Positions 9,413 through 18,489 of a DNA stretch of 32,441 bases are shown here, one piece after another. Below the pieces are notes generated by a model. That model worked only from the letters and a program-made list of their open reading frames with translations. It ran no database searches and was not told where the DNA came from. The DNA is taken from contig JAHHIK010000095.1 in assembly GCA_019358935.1 (NCBI GenBank), positions 1 to 32,441 on the forward strand, given 5' to 3'. The position numbers and the translations under genes are program-made. Source of the DNA: Tolypothrix carrinoi HA7290-LM1. Its GTDB lineage: Bacteria > Cyanobacteriota > Cyanobacteriia > Cyanobacteriales > Nostocaceae. Within the stretch, counting starts at the first letter, position 1. Each line of letters begins with the position of its first letter.

Positions 9413-9829
9413 ATGGCAGCTAAGGATCTTTTCCATGAAGCGGTCAGGAAGGCATTGGAAAAGGAACAATGGGTGATTACCGACGACCCGCTAAAATTAG
9501 AAGTAGGAGGTGCAAAGTTTGAGATTGACTTGGGTGCCGAGCGTCTTCTAGCAGCAGAACGAGCGGGCGAGAAAATAGCCGTTGAAATCAAAACATTTTT
9601 AGGCGACTCGCCCATCACCGATTACCATGCAGCACTGGGGCAATTTCTTAACTATCGCCTTGCCCTAGAACTTAGGGAACCAGATCGCACCTTGCATTTA
9701 GCAATTCCAGTTGTCGTTCATCAAGCCTTCTTTCAACGGGAATTTGCTCAACTGTCAGTTGAACGATATCAAATTAAGCGGCTAATTTATAATCCAGTTC
9801 AAGAGGTGATTGTGCAGTGGATAAACTAG
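9413..9829 (+). CDS. xisH: XisH family protein
   Basis: MAAKDLFHEAVRKAL..WVITDDPL..IDLGAE..IAVEIKTF..ALGQFLNYR. Confidence 0.93.
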   Translation: MAAKDLFHEAVRKALEKEQWVITDDPLKLEVGGAKFEIDLGAERLLAAERAGEKIAVEIKTFLGDSPITDYHAALGQFLNYRLALELREPDRTLHLAIPVVVHQAFFQREFAQLSVERYQIKRLIYNPVQEVIVQWIN

Positions 9830-10152
9830 AACAGTATCGCCAGTGTATTCAAACCCTACTTAGCAAGTATGTTGCCACACCGATCGCCAACGGTGAAATT
9901 GAATCACAAACTGTTTTTGATCTGCAACAAGATCGCTATCAAGTGATGAATGTTGGCTGGGATGGCGATCGCCGCGTACATGGCTGTGTCTTACACTTAG
10001 ACATCAAAAATGGCAAAATCTGGGTGCAACACAATACAACAGAATTGCGAATTGCTCATGAATTAGCTGCAATGGGAATTCCTAAAGAAGATATTGTGTT
10101 GGGCTTTCAAGCGCCTTATGCGCGGGAATACACCGGATTTGGCGTAGCGTAA
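9817..10152 (+). CDS. xisI: XisI family protein (GTG start overlapping xisH)
   Basis: MDKLEQYR..DRYQVMNVGW..HLDIKNGKIWVQ..GIPKEDIVLGF. Confidence 0.93.
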   Translation: MDKLEQYRQCIQTLLSKYVATPIANGEIESQTVFDLQQDRYQVMNVGWDGDRRVHGCVLHLDIKNGKIWVQHNTTELRIAHELAAMGIPKEDIVLGFQAPYAREYTGFGVA

Positions 10153-10164
10153 ACTTGCCGCTAA

Positions 10165-10410
10165 CTACTGACTGGAGAGGAATTTTTTAGAAACCCAACT
10201 GATAATACCGCTCAGAATAGCACCACCCATGACGATGCCGATCGCTGGATTAAATACAGGTTGCCAAAGTTTATGCCATAAATCTAAACCCAGATTTACT
10301 CCAGCAGCATCACCAATCGCAGCGATCACCAACCACCCAAATCCTAAAAAAACCAAAAATACATCAGCCACCAAAATTAAGTTTAACCAGTTTAACAATT
10401 TATCTTTCAT
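10165..10410 (-). CDS. Small conserved membrane protein
   Basis: Two TM segments and LWQPVFNPAIG; third gene of the iscA-TPR run. Confidence 0.75.
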   Translation of the reverse strand: MKDKLLNWLNLILVADVFLVFLGFGWLVIAAIGDAAGVNLGLDLWHKLWQPVFNPAIGIVMGGAILSGIISWVSKKFLSSQ

Positions 10411-10412
10411 AT

Positions 10413-10556
10413 AGGGATTGGGGAATGGGGAATGGGGAATGGGTAATGGGGAATGGGTAATGGGTAATGGGTAATGGGTAAATTACCAATTCGCAATTCG
10501 CAATTCGCAATTCGCTTTTTCCCAATTACCAATTCCCAATTACCAATTACCAATTA
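10413..10556. repeat. STRR heptamer arrays (GGGAATG/GGTAATG, CAATTCG, CAATTAC) in inverted arrangement
   Basis: Tandem 7-mers fill the whole intergenic gap. Confidence 0.9.
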
Positions 10557-10976
10557 CTCTGGAAACAGCCAGCTTTTAACTTTTAGCAAACTCTGCCAAT
10601 CTGGTTTTCTGCTTAAACCGTCTTCAATGCTGCTTTTAATATCATCCCGCCATTCTGGGTTAACAAATATTAATTGTTGGGCAAAATCAATATGTTGCCT
10701 TAACCCTTTTTCACCTTTTTCCAGCATCGCTAAGGCAAGATTAATTCTTGCTTGTGCGTCTTGGGGATTTAATTTTACTGCTTTCTGGGCGGCTTTCTGA
10801 GCGGAGTTGGGTTTATTATCTAGCAGATACAACCACGCTAAACAAGTCCAAGCGGAACTACTTTTAGGAGCGCGATCGCATACTTCTTGAAATACAGGGA
10901 TTAATTCATCCACTGATTCTCCAGCTTTATAGCGTTCTAAACCTGTATCAAACAGGGATTCAACTGTTTGAGTCAT
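10554..10976 (-). CDS. TPR-repeat protein
   Basis: AWTCLAWLYLL..AQKAVKLNPQDAQARINLALA TPR pattern. Confidence 0.85.
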   Translation of the reverse strand: MTQTVESLFDTGLERYKAGESVDELIPVFQEVCDRAPKSSSAWTCLAWLYLLDNKPNSAQKAAQKAVKLNPQDAQARINLALAMLEKGEKGLRQHIDFAQQLIFVNPEWRDDIKSSIEDGLSRKPDWQSLLKVKSWLFPE

Positions 10977-10984
10977 AAGTTATT

Positions 10985-11250
10985 AGTCAAGGTCAATGGT
11001 TAAGGGTCAAGGGTCAAAAGTCAATAGTTAAGGGTTAATGGTCAATGGTTAAGGGTTAATGGTCAATAATTAAGGGTTAATGGTCAATAGTCAAGGGTTA
11101 ATGGTCAATGGTTAAGGGTTAATGGTCAATAGTCAAGGGTTAATGGTCAATGGTTAAGGGTTAATGGTCAATGGTTAAGGGTTAACAGTCAATAATTAAG
11201 TATCAATAGTCAAAAGTTAAGAGTCATAACTTAATTAGTCAATAGTTAAA
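10985..11250. repeat. STRR heptamer array (GTCAATG/GTTAAGG/GTTAATG) with 21-bp higher-order periodicity
   Basis: Repeated GGTCAAT-GGTTAAG-GGTTAAT units. Confidence 0.9.
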
Positions 11251-11303
11251 AAACCTGATACTGTATACTTTTGACTTGGGAGTGTTGACTGTAAGACTAT
11301 AAA

Positions 11304-11657
11304 CTAAACGCCAAATGACTTACCGCAACCGCAGGTTTGATTGGCGTTGGGGTTAGTGAATTGGAAACCACCACCGATCATGGCATCGCTGTAATCAAGC
11401 ATTAAGCCATAAAGATATAATAAGCTTTTGCGATCGCAAACAATTTTGAAGCCATCATAATCAAACATTTCATCTTGGGGGCTAATCTTACTAGCGTCTT
11501 CAAAATCCATCATGTAAGACATGCCAGAGCAGCCACCTTGACGCACTCCTACCCGCAAGCAGAGGTCTGCGCCTTGATTATCCCGCAACCTCTTGACTTG
11601 TCGCAATGCGGCTTCACTCAGTTGAATACCTCGTTGAGATACTTGTGCTTGTGTCAT
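11304..11657 (-). CDS. iscA: IscA/HesB Fe-S cluster assembly accessory protein
   Basis: GGCSGMSY and [14 protein letters not shown] motifs; AAGGAG RBS. Confidence 0.93.
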   Translation of the reverse strand: MTQAQVSQRGIQLSEAALRQVKRLRDNQGADLCLRVGVRQGGCSGMSYMMDFEDASKISPQDEMFDYDGFKIVCDRKSLLYLYGLMLDYSDAMIGGGFQFTNPNANQTCGCGKSFGV

Positions 11658-12017
11658 CTTTTCAACTCCTTTATGTGGTATAACCAGAACCTTGTCTGGG
11701 CAAGTTTATAAGTTGAAACCCCAAGCTCTCACGCCGAGGTCGTCCCTTGCTGTTTTTGTATTTATTCTAGCGGCATTGATGTCCCAGAGTACCAAATTGT
11801 AAATACTCCTTTAAAAGCCGCAAAAAGCAGCCAAAGATTTTTATTCTAGAATTGAGGGACTTGGTGTTTACAATTCGGTGTTTTTGAATAGCAGGCATGG
11901 TAGCCAGCAGCCTAACCCTTATAAAGGTGCAGCCGTGTTAATTAATTTGAGCGCTAACGCTCGCCATTTTCCTTAAGTTTACTTGCACATTGCTTGTTTT
12001 GACTCTTCTTTTACTTT

Positions 12018-13649
12018 ATGACAAGTTTTAATCGCTCTACCAGTCGTCGGTTGCAGAAACTAATTCAAATTCCTTCTGTATGGGAGGGCGATCGCCGTCC
12101 GATGTCATCACCAACTAGAGATGACTCGGAGGAAAAAGGAGAATGCATTCTTTGGGTAGATGGCTCGCAAGGAATTGTGCGCGGGATGGATGTTGTCGAT
12201 CCAGACACAGGTCCAGAGGCGATCGTTCGCACTCTCATGCGAGCAATGGAACATCCCCACAGTCCCGCAAAACCGGCTCGTCCCCAAAGAATAGTCGTCA
12301 GAGATCGCGAGATCCAATTTTACCTGCGCGGGGTACTGCAAGATTTGGATATAGCCATTGATTACGTACCCGAATTGCATTTAATTGATGAACTGTTTCG
12401 CGGATTTGCGGAAATTATTGATAGTCAAGTCCCCGAACTACCTCCACAGTATGCGTCAACCCTCCGCGATAAAGCATTGGCAATATGGCAAGCAGCTCCT
12501 TGGGAATTTTTAGAAGAACAACAAATCTTATCAATAGAAATTAATAAGTGGGATGTTGGTACACTTTATGCCTCAGTAATGGGAATGCTGGGGATGGAGT
12601 ATGGAATTTTATTTTATCGCTCAGAGGATTCTCTCAAACGATTTCGCGCCACGGTTTTAAGAGATGATGAATCGCAAGAGCGTTTAGAAGAAGCTTTTCT
12701 CAAACAAGATTGTCTGTTTCTCACCTTTGAGCGTAACAACGCCATTGATGAAGATGAGGATGATGTTGACGATCTTGCAGATTTGCCGTTATCGGAAATT
12801 GACCCAACATTCGGCAATATCCACCCTTTAGAAGGACTGCGGTCTGTTTTGTATGAAGAAGAAGCACTGGTAGTCTTGATGGCTCTAGAAAGCTTCTCTC
12901 GCTTTATCCGCGACTATCGGCACCAGCTTATTGGAGAAACTTTCCTTTCCCTAAGCCGTCGCTATCGCATTACAGTGCCATCGGATGAATTAACTAAATC
13001 AGTTAATGTCACCGTTTCTACGATGCCGCAGTTAGCAGCCGAATTAGAGGAAATGGCAGGCTTTAGCAGCACTGAGGAAGGGGATTTTGCCAATAACCCG
13101 ATGTTCCGCTCATTGCGAGATGACTTGATTCCGGAAGATTCTTTTCTCAGCTTGGGTGTAGTGTCTTGGGAAATGTTGGAGTATTTACGCAACGGTGTCA
13201 CATACCATCAAGCGGGCGAAATTCAACAAGTAGGTGACGGATTGCCTGTGATTTTAATTCAGACTTCTCGTCCCAAGGCGAAGATTGTAATTGAAAGTGT
13301 TGAAGCAGCTGGGGGACTCAAAGCAATTTGTTTTAATCCCGGTGCCGATCCTTTTGATGGCGATCGCTACGACTTAGGGTTATTGCAAACTAACAATGGC
13401 GAATTATTCCTCTTTGGTGAGTTTTTAGACGATGACCCAATTCACGTAGAAGCACGGAGAAAATGGAATCAGCGGTGTAAAAATACTCAGGGTTACTGCG
13501 GCTTGATTATTGCCAAAGGACTTACAGGAGCTTCTCGCGGAAATCCTCAGTTGCGGGATATGATGGCTTTATTTGAAGCGCGATCGCTTTCGCCGAAAGA
13601 GTTAGGTATTGGCACTCTCCAACTGATGCCGCAGCTTCAATTTGAATGA
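12018..13649 (+). CDS. Conserved cyanobacterial hypothetical protein (DUF6930-like)
   Basis: 543-aa acidic ORF with AAPWEFL and ASVMGMLG; contains several HIP1 sites. Family recalled, not searched. Confidence 0.7.
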   Translation: MTSFNRSTSRRLQKLIQIPSVWEGDRRPMSSPTRDDSEEKGECILWVDGSQGIVRGMDVVDPDTGPEAIVRTLMRAMEHPHSPAKPARPQRIVVRDREIQFYLRGVLQDLDIAIDYVPELHLIDELFRGFAEIIDSQVPELPPQYASTLRDKALAIWQAAPWEFLEEQQILSIEINKWDVGTLYASVMGMLGMEYGILFYRSEDSLKRFRATVLRDDESQERLEEAFLKQDCLFLTFERNNAIDEDEDDVDDLADLPLSEIDPTFGNIHPLEGLRSVLYEEEALVVLMALESFSRFIRDYRHQLIGETFLSLSRRYRITVPSDELTKSVNVTVSTMPQLAAELEEMAGFSSTEEGDFANNPMFRSLRDDLIPEDSFLSLGVVSWEMLEYLRNGVTYHQAGEIQQVGDGLPVILIQTSRPKAKIVIESVEAAGGLKAICFNPGADPFDGDRYDLGLLQTNNGELFLFGEFLDDDPIHVEARRKWNQRCKNTQGYCGLIIAKGLTGASRGNPQLRDMMALFEARSLSPKELGIGTLQLMPQLQFE

Positions 13650-13702
13650 TTTTATATTTCATATCATGTACTTCTTAACATTAGACATTTGTTGGAAAAC
13701 AA

Positions 13703-13732
13703 TGTAGAGACGCGACCGGTCGCGTCTCTACA
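13703..13732. repeat. Perfect 30-bp palindrome (REP-like GTAGAGACG element; possible bidirectional terminator)
   Basis: TGTAGAGACGCGACC|GGTCGCGTCTCTACA between convergent genes. Confidence 0.85.
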
Positions 13733-13792
13733 ACAGTTGTGGACAACGCATAGTTCATTTTTACACAATACGAAAATCCCTGATAAGTTACT

Positions 13793-16660
13793 TTAACGCA
13801 TCTCTCGCCAATCGCCTGAAGGTATAAATGCAGCCCAGTAATAAGGGTGCTGATATTCTTTACCTCGCAGCATCTCTAATTGCACTTGACGCAACGCTTC
13901 GCTACGTCCTTCTTTCTTCTCATTTTTACCTAATACCTTCTTGAAATAAGCAATCATCAAGTCTTTGGTTGCATCATCTGCTACTTTCCACAAGCTGATT
14001 ACTTGGCTTTCCGAACCTGCAATGACCAAAGCGCGACGCAAACCATAGATACCTTCTTTCATAGTCTCTTTACCCAAACCTGTATCACAAGCTGACAATA
14101 CCACTAATTTTGTACCGAGAAGGTTTAATGATGTGGTTTCTAAAGCTGTAAGGATACCATCTTGATTACCACCACCTTGGTAGTTTTTGAAACCAGCAAG
14201 AACTAAACCAGAAAGTAGAAGGGGATTATCTTGATAGGTGTTTTGGTTTTCTGTTGCTTTTGGGGAATTTTCAAAGAAACCATGTGTGGCAATTAAGAGA
14301 ATTTCTGGACTTTTTAGTTGCTTAATTACACCTTCACTGGCTTGAGTACCTAATAACGGTTTAACTCCTAAAAGTTGAGAGATTGCTTCTGCTTCTTTTT
14401 TTGTACCGAGGAGAGGAGGAAAATTTCCATTTGATAAGTCAATTGAACGGGTATTATTTGGTTCAATTGCAACAACTTCTCCTTGTTTATCAAAGGATGG
14501 GTCAGCCATAATTACTGGTGGCTGTTTGCTGGGATATTGGTTTTGTAGTCGCAGTAAGTCGCGTCCAGAGGTGAGGTAAGTAAAGGAATAATTTTCTACG
14601 AGGTAGCGGTTGTTTTCGTCAACTAAGGCTTCAAAGGGAATGAGGTTGAGTGAAGCGTCAGGAGAAATTAAGATTTTACGTTTGTTCCCCAGGAGTTTAC
14701 GGATGGGTTGCATGACGAGTTTATCAAGGTCACGTGCATATTCTTTTACTTGTTCGATGGAGTTTTTTTCGTCTCGTAGATAAAAGCGTAATAATTCTAA
14801 AGTTTTTTCTATTTCCTTTGCTTCCCCTAAGTCGATTGCTTTCGGTTGTTTATCAGTGGATGTGAGGATATAAGCTGCGTAGCGGGGTTTGCCAAAGCGT
14901 TGATTTTGCGTTGCTTTGGGGTTGAATGGTTGATAGCGTACTATTTCTACTAAAGCCGCATCAGCAGGAATTAATTTTTGAATGTCTTCTAAATTAATTG
15001 GTTTGGATAAATTAGCGAATTCAGCACTGCGACGACTTAATTCATCTTCTTTGAGTTTTAATTTTTCTTCCAAATCAGCTATGGAAAGTGTTTGCTTGTT
15101 ATAAATTCGGCTTGCTAGTTGAGTGTAAATATCGGACAGTTCATCTATTAACTTTAAGCTGTCTTTATCATTTGTACGTTGGCGAAGAATTTGTAAGTTA
15201 TTTGTCAGAACATCTAAAATCCGTCCTTTGCCTTGGAAAATGGTTGTGAGGGCTAAATTCGCAGCTTTGGGGTTGTTGGGTATCGAATTGAGATGTAGAG
15301 AGATAGTTGCGTTTGTAGTTCCAGATATGGTTGCCATATAATCACGTTTTTGGCGCTCAAATCCTACAGATAGATTGACAGCCAGGTTTTGTTCTTGTAC
15401 TTGCGATCCTTGTTTTAGGAACTCTAGGGCGTTGGTAATGTTTCCTTGGCTTAAGTACAGTGCAGCCAAATTATTCAAACTATTTGCCACGCTAGGATGT
15501 TTGTTCCCCAAGATGCGTTTTCTCATTTCTAAAGCTTGTTGATGAAAGGGTTCGGCTTCTGAGTAAAGCCCTTGACTTTCATACAGTAATGCTAAATTAT
15601 TCAAGCTAATTGCTACATAGGGATGTTCGTTACCCAGGATAAGTTTTATTATATCCAGGGCTTGTTTATAAAAGAGTTCGGCTTCTGAGTAACGTCCTTG
15701 ATTTTGATAAAGTCCAGCCAAATTATTCAAGCTATTTGCCACATCGGGATGTTCATTACCCAGGATACGTTTTCTCATCTCTAGAGCTTGTTTATAAAAC
15801 TTTTCGACTTCTGAGTAACGTCCTTGAGTGAAGTACAGCAATGCTAAATTATTCAAGCTATTTGCCACATCGGGATGTTCATTACCCAGGATACGTTTTC
15901 TCATCTCTAGAGCTTGTTCATAAAACAGTTTGGCTTCTGAATAACGTCCTTGTTTTTGAAAAAGTCCAGCCAAATTATTCAAGCTAGTTGCTACATCGGG
16001 ATGTTCGTTACCCAGGATGCGTTTTCTCATTTCCAGAGCTTGTTTATAAAAGGGTTCAGCTTCTGAGTAACGTCCTTGACTTTCATACACTAATGCCAAA
16101 TTATTCAAGCTATTTGCCACATCGGGATGTTCGTTACCCAAGATGCGTTTTCTCATCTCCAGAGCTTGTTTATAAAAGGGTTCAGCTTCTGAGTAACGTC
16201 CTTGAGTGAAGTACAGTGTAGCCATATTATTCAAGCTAGCTGCCACATCGGGATGTTCGTTACCCAAGATGCGTTTTCTCATCTCCAGAGCTTGTTTATA
16301 AAAGGGTTCAGCTTCTGAGTAACGTCCTTGAGTGAAGTACAGTGTAGCCATATTATTCAAGCTAGCTGCTACATAGGGATGTTTGTTACCCAGGATCTTT
16401 TGTATCATCTCTAGAGCTTGTTTATAAAAGGGTTCAGCTTCTGAGTAACGTCCTTGATTTAGATAAAGTCCAGCCAAATTATTCAAGCTAGTTGCCACAT
16501 CGGGATGTTCTTTCCCCAGCAGACGTTTTCTCATCTCTAGAGCTTGCTTAAAAAGGGATTCGACTTCTGAATAACGTCCTTGACTCAAGTACAGTAATGC
16601 CAAATTATTCAAGCTATTTGCCACATCGGGATGTTCGTTACCCAGGATACGTTTTCTCAT
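13793..16660 (-). CDS. TPR-CHAT (caspase-like) protease; ORF starts within a TPR repeat
   Basis: About ten 42-aa kinesin-light-chain-type TPRs, then CHAT motifs ISPDASLNLIPFEAL, ATHGFF (His), LSACDTG (Cys) and HPYYWAAF. Confidence 0.92.
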   Translation of the reverse strand: MRKRILGNEHPDVANSLNNLALLYLSQGRYSEVESLFKQALEMRKRLLGKEHPDVATSLNNLAGLYLNQGRYSEAEPFYKQALEMIQKILGNKHPYVAASLNNMATLYFTQGRYSEAEPFYKQALEMRKRILGNEHPDVAASLNNMATLYFTQGRYSEAEPFYKQALEMRKRILGNEHPDVANSLNNLALVYESQGRYSEAEPFYKQALEMRKRILGNEHPDVATSLNNLAGLFQKQGRYSEAKLFYEQALEMRKRILGNEHPDVANSLNNLALLYFTQGRYSEVEKFYKQALEMRKRILGNEHPDVANSLNNLAGLYQNQGRYSEAELFYKQALDIIKLILGNEHPYVAISLNNLALLYESQGLYSEAEPFHQQALEMRKRILGNKHPSVANSLNNLAALYLSQGNITNALEFLKQGSQVQEQNLAVNLSVGFERQKRDYMATISGTTNATISLHLNSIPNNPKAANLALTTIFQGKGRILDVLTNNLQILRQRTNDKDSLKLIDELSDIYTQLASRIYNKQTLSIADLEEKLKLKEDELSRRSAEFANLSKPINLEDIQKLIPADAALVEIVRYQPFNPKATQNQRFGKPRYAAYILTSTDKQPKAIDLGEAKEIEKTLELLRFYLRDEKNSIEQVKEYARDLDKLVMQPIRKLLGNKRKILISPDASLNLIPFEALVDENNRYLVENYSFTYLTSGRDLLRLQNQYPSKQPPVIMADPSFDKQGEVVAIEPNNTRSIDLSNGNFPPLLGTKKEAEAISQLLGVKPLLGTQASEGVIKQLKSPEILLIATHGFFENSPKATENQNTYQDNPLLLSGLVLAGFKNYQGGGNQDGILTALETTSLNLLGTKLVVLSACDTGLGKETMKEGIYGLRRALVIAGSESQVISLWKVADDATKDLMIAYFKKVLGKNEKKEGRSEALRQVQLEMLRGKEYQHPYYWAAFIPSGDWREMR

Positions 16661-16678
16661 CTCCAGAGCTTGTTTAAA
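15401..16678 (-). repeat. 126-bp tandem coding repeats (TPR array), about 10 near-identical units
   Basis: Repeated ..HPDVAxSLNNLAxLYxxQGRYSEAEPFYKQALEMRKRILGNE.. Confidence 0.95.
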
Positions 16679-17334
16679 TTGTAGCTAGAGCCACGCATCA
16701 TTAAATTTTTAGGTCTACGTCTACCAATATCACAAGCTCTCCAATTATTTGCACTCAATCCAATAGCGACTGCTGCTATCCTCTGACTTGATGAGCCATG
16801 ATGATCCCGATCCCATGCGGGTAAAGAATCTCCCAACTGATAGACTAATGCACCAATTTCTTTTATATCTTTTTTATCAAACACAATATTTGGAACTGCA
16901 TTCATATATAGCCCTGCTAAACAATCAGCTTGCAGTTCTGTTACTACACCACCAGCATTGTTAAAGTTGAAAGCATTTTGCATTGCATGAGCATATTCAT
17001 GTCCGATGATATAGGCTAGTGCAGCATCGCCACCGTCACGATATGCCTTTTGAACCATATCAGTACTAATGTAAATAGAGTGGTCTATCTTGCAATAAAA
17101 TGCATTTCCCGATAGCATGGGACCACAACCAGTTCTCACACCTGGTCTAATTGGTCTATACACTCTGGGTACAGCTCTACCACTATGAATATAGGCAACA
17201 CCAGTGTACATAGATTGAATTACAGTATCAGGATCTAACTCTTGAGCTATTGATTTAGACAAGGATAAAAGTTGGAGCGAAATAGTAGAGATAAAAAAGG
17301 CTAAAACTCCAAGCAAATATTTCTTCGTAATCAT
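16657..17334 (-). CDS. Secreted neutral zinc metallopeptidase (YpfJ-like)
   Basis: Signal peptide, TGCG, NAFYC, YIIGHEYAHAMQ (HExxH), ELQADCLAG, HGSSSQR; GAGGAG RBS. Confidence 0.85.
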   Translation of the reverse strand: MITKKYLLGVLAFFISTISLQLLSLSKSIAQELDPDTVIQSMYTGVAYIHSGRAVPRVYRPIRPGVRTGCGPMLSGNAFYCKIDHSIYISTDMVQKAYRDGGDAALAYIIGHEYAHAMQNAFNFNNAGGVVTELQADCLAGLYMNAVPNIVFDKKDIKEIGALVYQLGDSLPAWDRDHHGSSSQRIAAVAIGLSANNWRACDIGRRRPKNLMMRGSSYNLNKLWR

Positions 17335-17414
17335 TGCAATAATCTCCTCTAAAAATTTTCGACGAAATCTAAAAAATACAAACTGAACATATTAGCTTCT
17401 GAACTTTGTTATCC

Positions 17415-18488
17415 CTAAACCCTCCCTTTGAGGTCATCAACCTTCTCTTGCAACTCCTGCACCCTCGCTACATCACCCAACCCCCGATAGTCAACCTGCG
17501 ATGCTTGATACCACCGCAAAGCATCCTGTAACTTGTCGAGAGAAAAATCCACTCCCCCCAAACTCGCTTGAATTATTGCTTGTGCTTCCAAATTTTTCTC
17601 AGTCTGCGCCAACTTCAACGCAGTCAAATATCGTTCCCGCGCTAACAAATTTAACTCTACTTGCTGGTAAATACTACCCAAAAGTTGATAAACCGCACTG
17701 CTGCGACTACCTTTTTTAACTAATTCTTCCAATAAATCAATAGCATCCGCATTCAAATTATTACTGCGGTACAAATGCGCTAACGCTAAAACATTCCCCT
17801 CACTCTTTAAACCTTGCTGCAACTGGGCGATTTCCGCTTTTACCCGTTTACTATCCGCTTCACTCATGACGGTGAAACTCGCATTATCTTTATTTTCCGT
17901 AGTTACACCATTATCAGCAGTCACAGTTAGCCAATAAGTATACCCAGGTTTAAGAGGTTCTTTACCCGAATAAACTACCTGTGGTTGATTTACCTCAGTT
18001 CGCCAATCTACACCCCTTCCAAATAAACGCACTTGATACTTAGTTGCACCTGCTACTGCATTCCAACGCAGTTTTGGCTGACTTGTCAAAATACTACTAC
18101 TACGCGGACTAATCAAGTAAGGTATTGTCGGGTCATTTCCTGCACGCGTAAAACTGGTAGAACTATCGATTCTTCTGATAACGGTTCTATTGGAGGGACA
18201 ACCTTGGGAAATAGAAGATTCACCAGGAGAACGTACATTCCAAATAGATAAATTAGTACAAAATACTTTTGCGGATGCACCTTTTGTTAATCGTAATTTA
18301 TCCGAGGAATTAACTAACGTACCCACGTTTACAGGTTTATATCCAGTCCAGCGAGGACGCTTGATTTCAACATTTCCACTTATAGCAAATATAAAATTTA
18401 AACCATTTGTATTACTCAAAGCTGGTGTTGCGAATACAGTTAAACCAAAAGTAAAAAGTGTAGTAATAGCGACAATATTTTTATTCAT
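17415..18488 (-). CDS. Secreted protein: beta-rich N-terminal domain, DUF928/Fn3-like domain, C-terminal TPRs (ATG 18488)
   Basis: Signal peptide ending ATPALS; IPYLISPR..PKLRWNAVAGATKYQV..YWLTV; the ATG lies 1 nt after the inferred original stop of the upstream gene. Confidence 0.8.
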   Translation of the reverse strand: MNKNIVAITTLFTFGLTVFATPALSNTNGLNFIFAISGNVEIKRPRWTGYKPVNVGTLVNSSDKLRLTKGASAKVFCTNLSIWNVRSPGESSISQGCPSNRTVIRRIDSSTSFTRAGNDPTIPYLISPRSSSILTSQPKLRWNAVAGATKYQVRLFGRGVDWRTEVNQPQVVYSGKEPLKPGYTYWLTVTADNGVTTENKDNASFTVMSEADSKRVKAEIAQLQQGLKSEGNVLALAHLYRSNNLNADAIDLLEELVKKGSRSSAVYQLLGSIYQQVELNLLARERYLTALKLAQTEKNLEAQAIIQASLGGVDFSLDKLQDALRWYQASQVDYRGLGDVARVQELQEKVDDLKGRV

Positions 18489-18489
18489 T

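Noticed and set aside
9413..10152. fdxN excision element
   Set aside because: No xisF serine recombinase and no interrupted target gene in the window.
15401..16678. CRISPR array or diversity-generating retroelement
   Set aside because: Repeats are 126-bp in-frame coding units without unique spacers; no cas or reverse transcriptase gene in the window.
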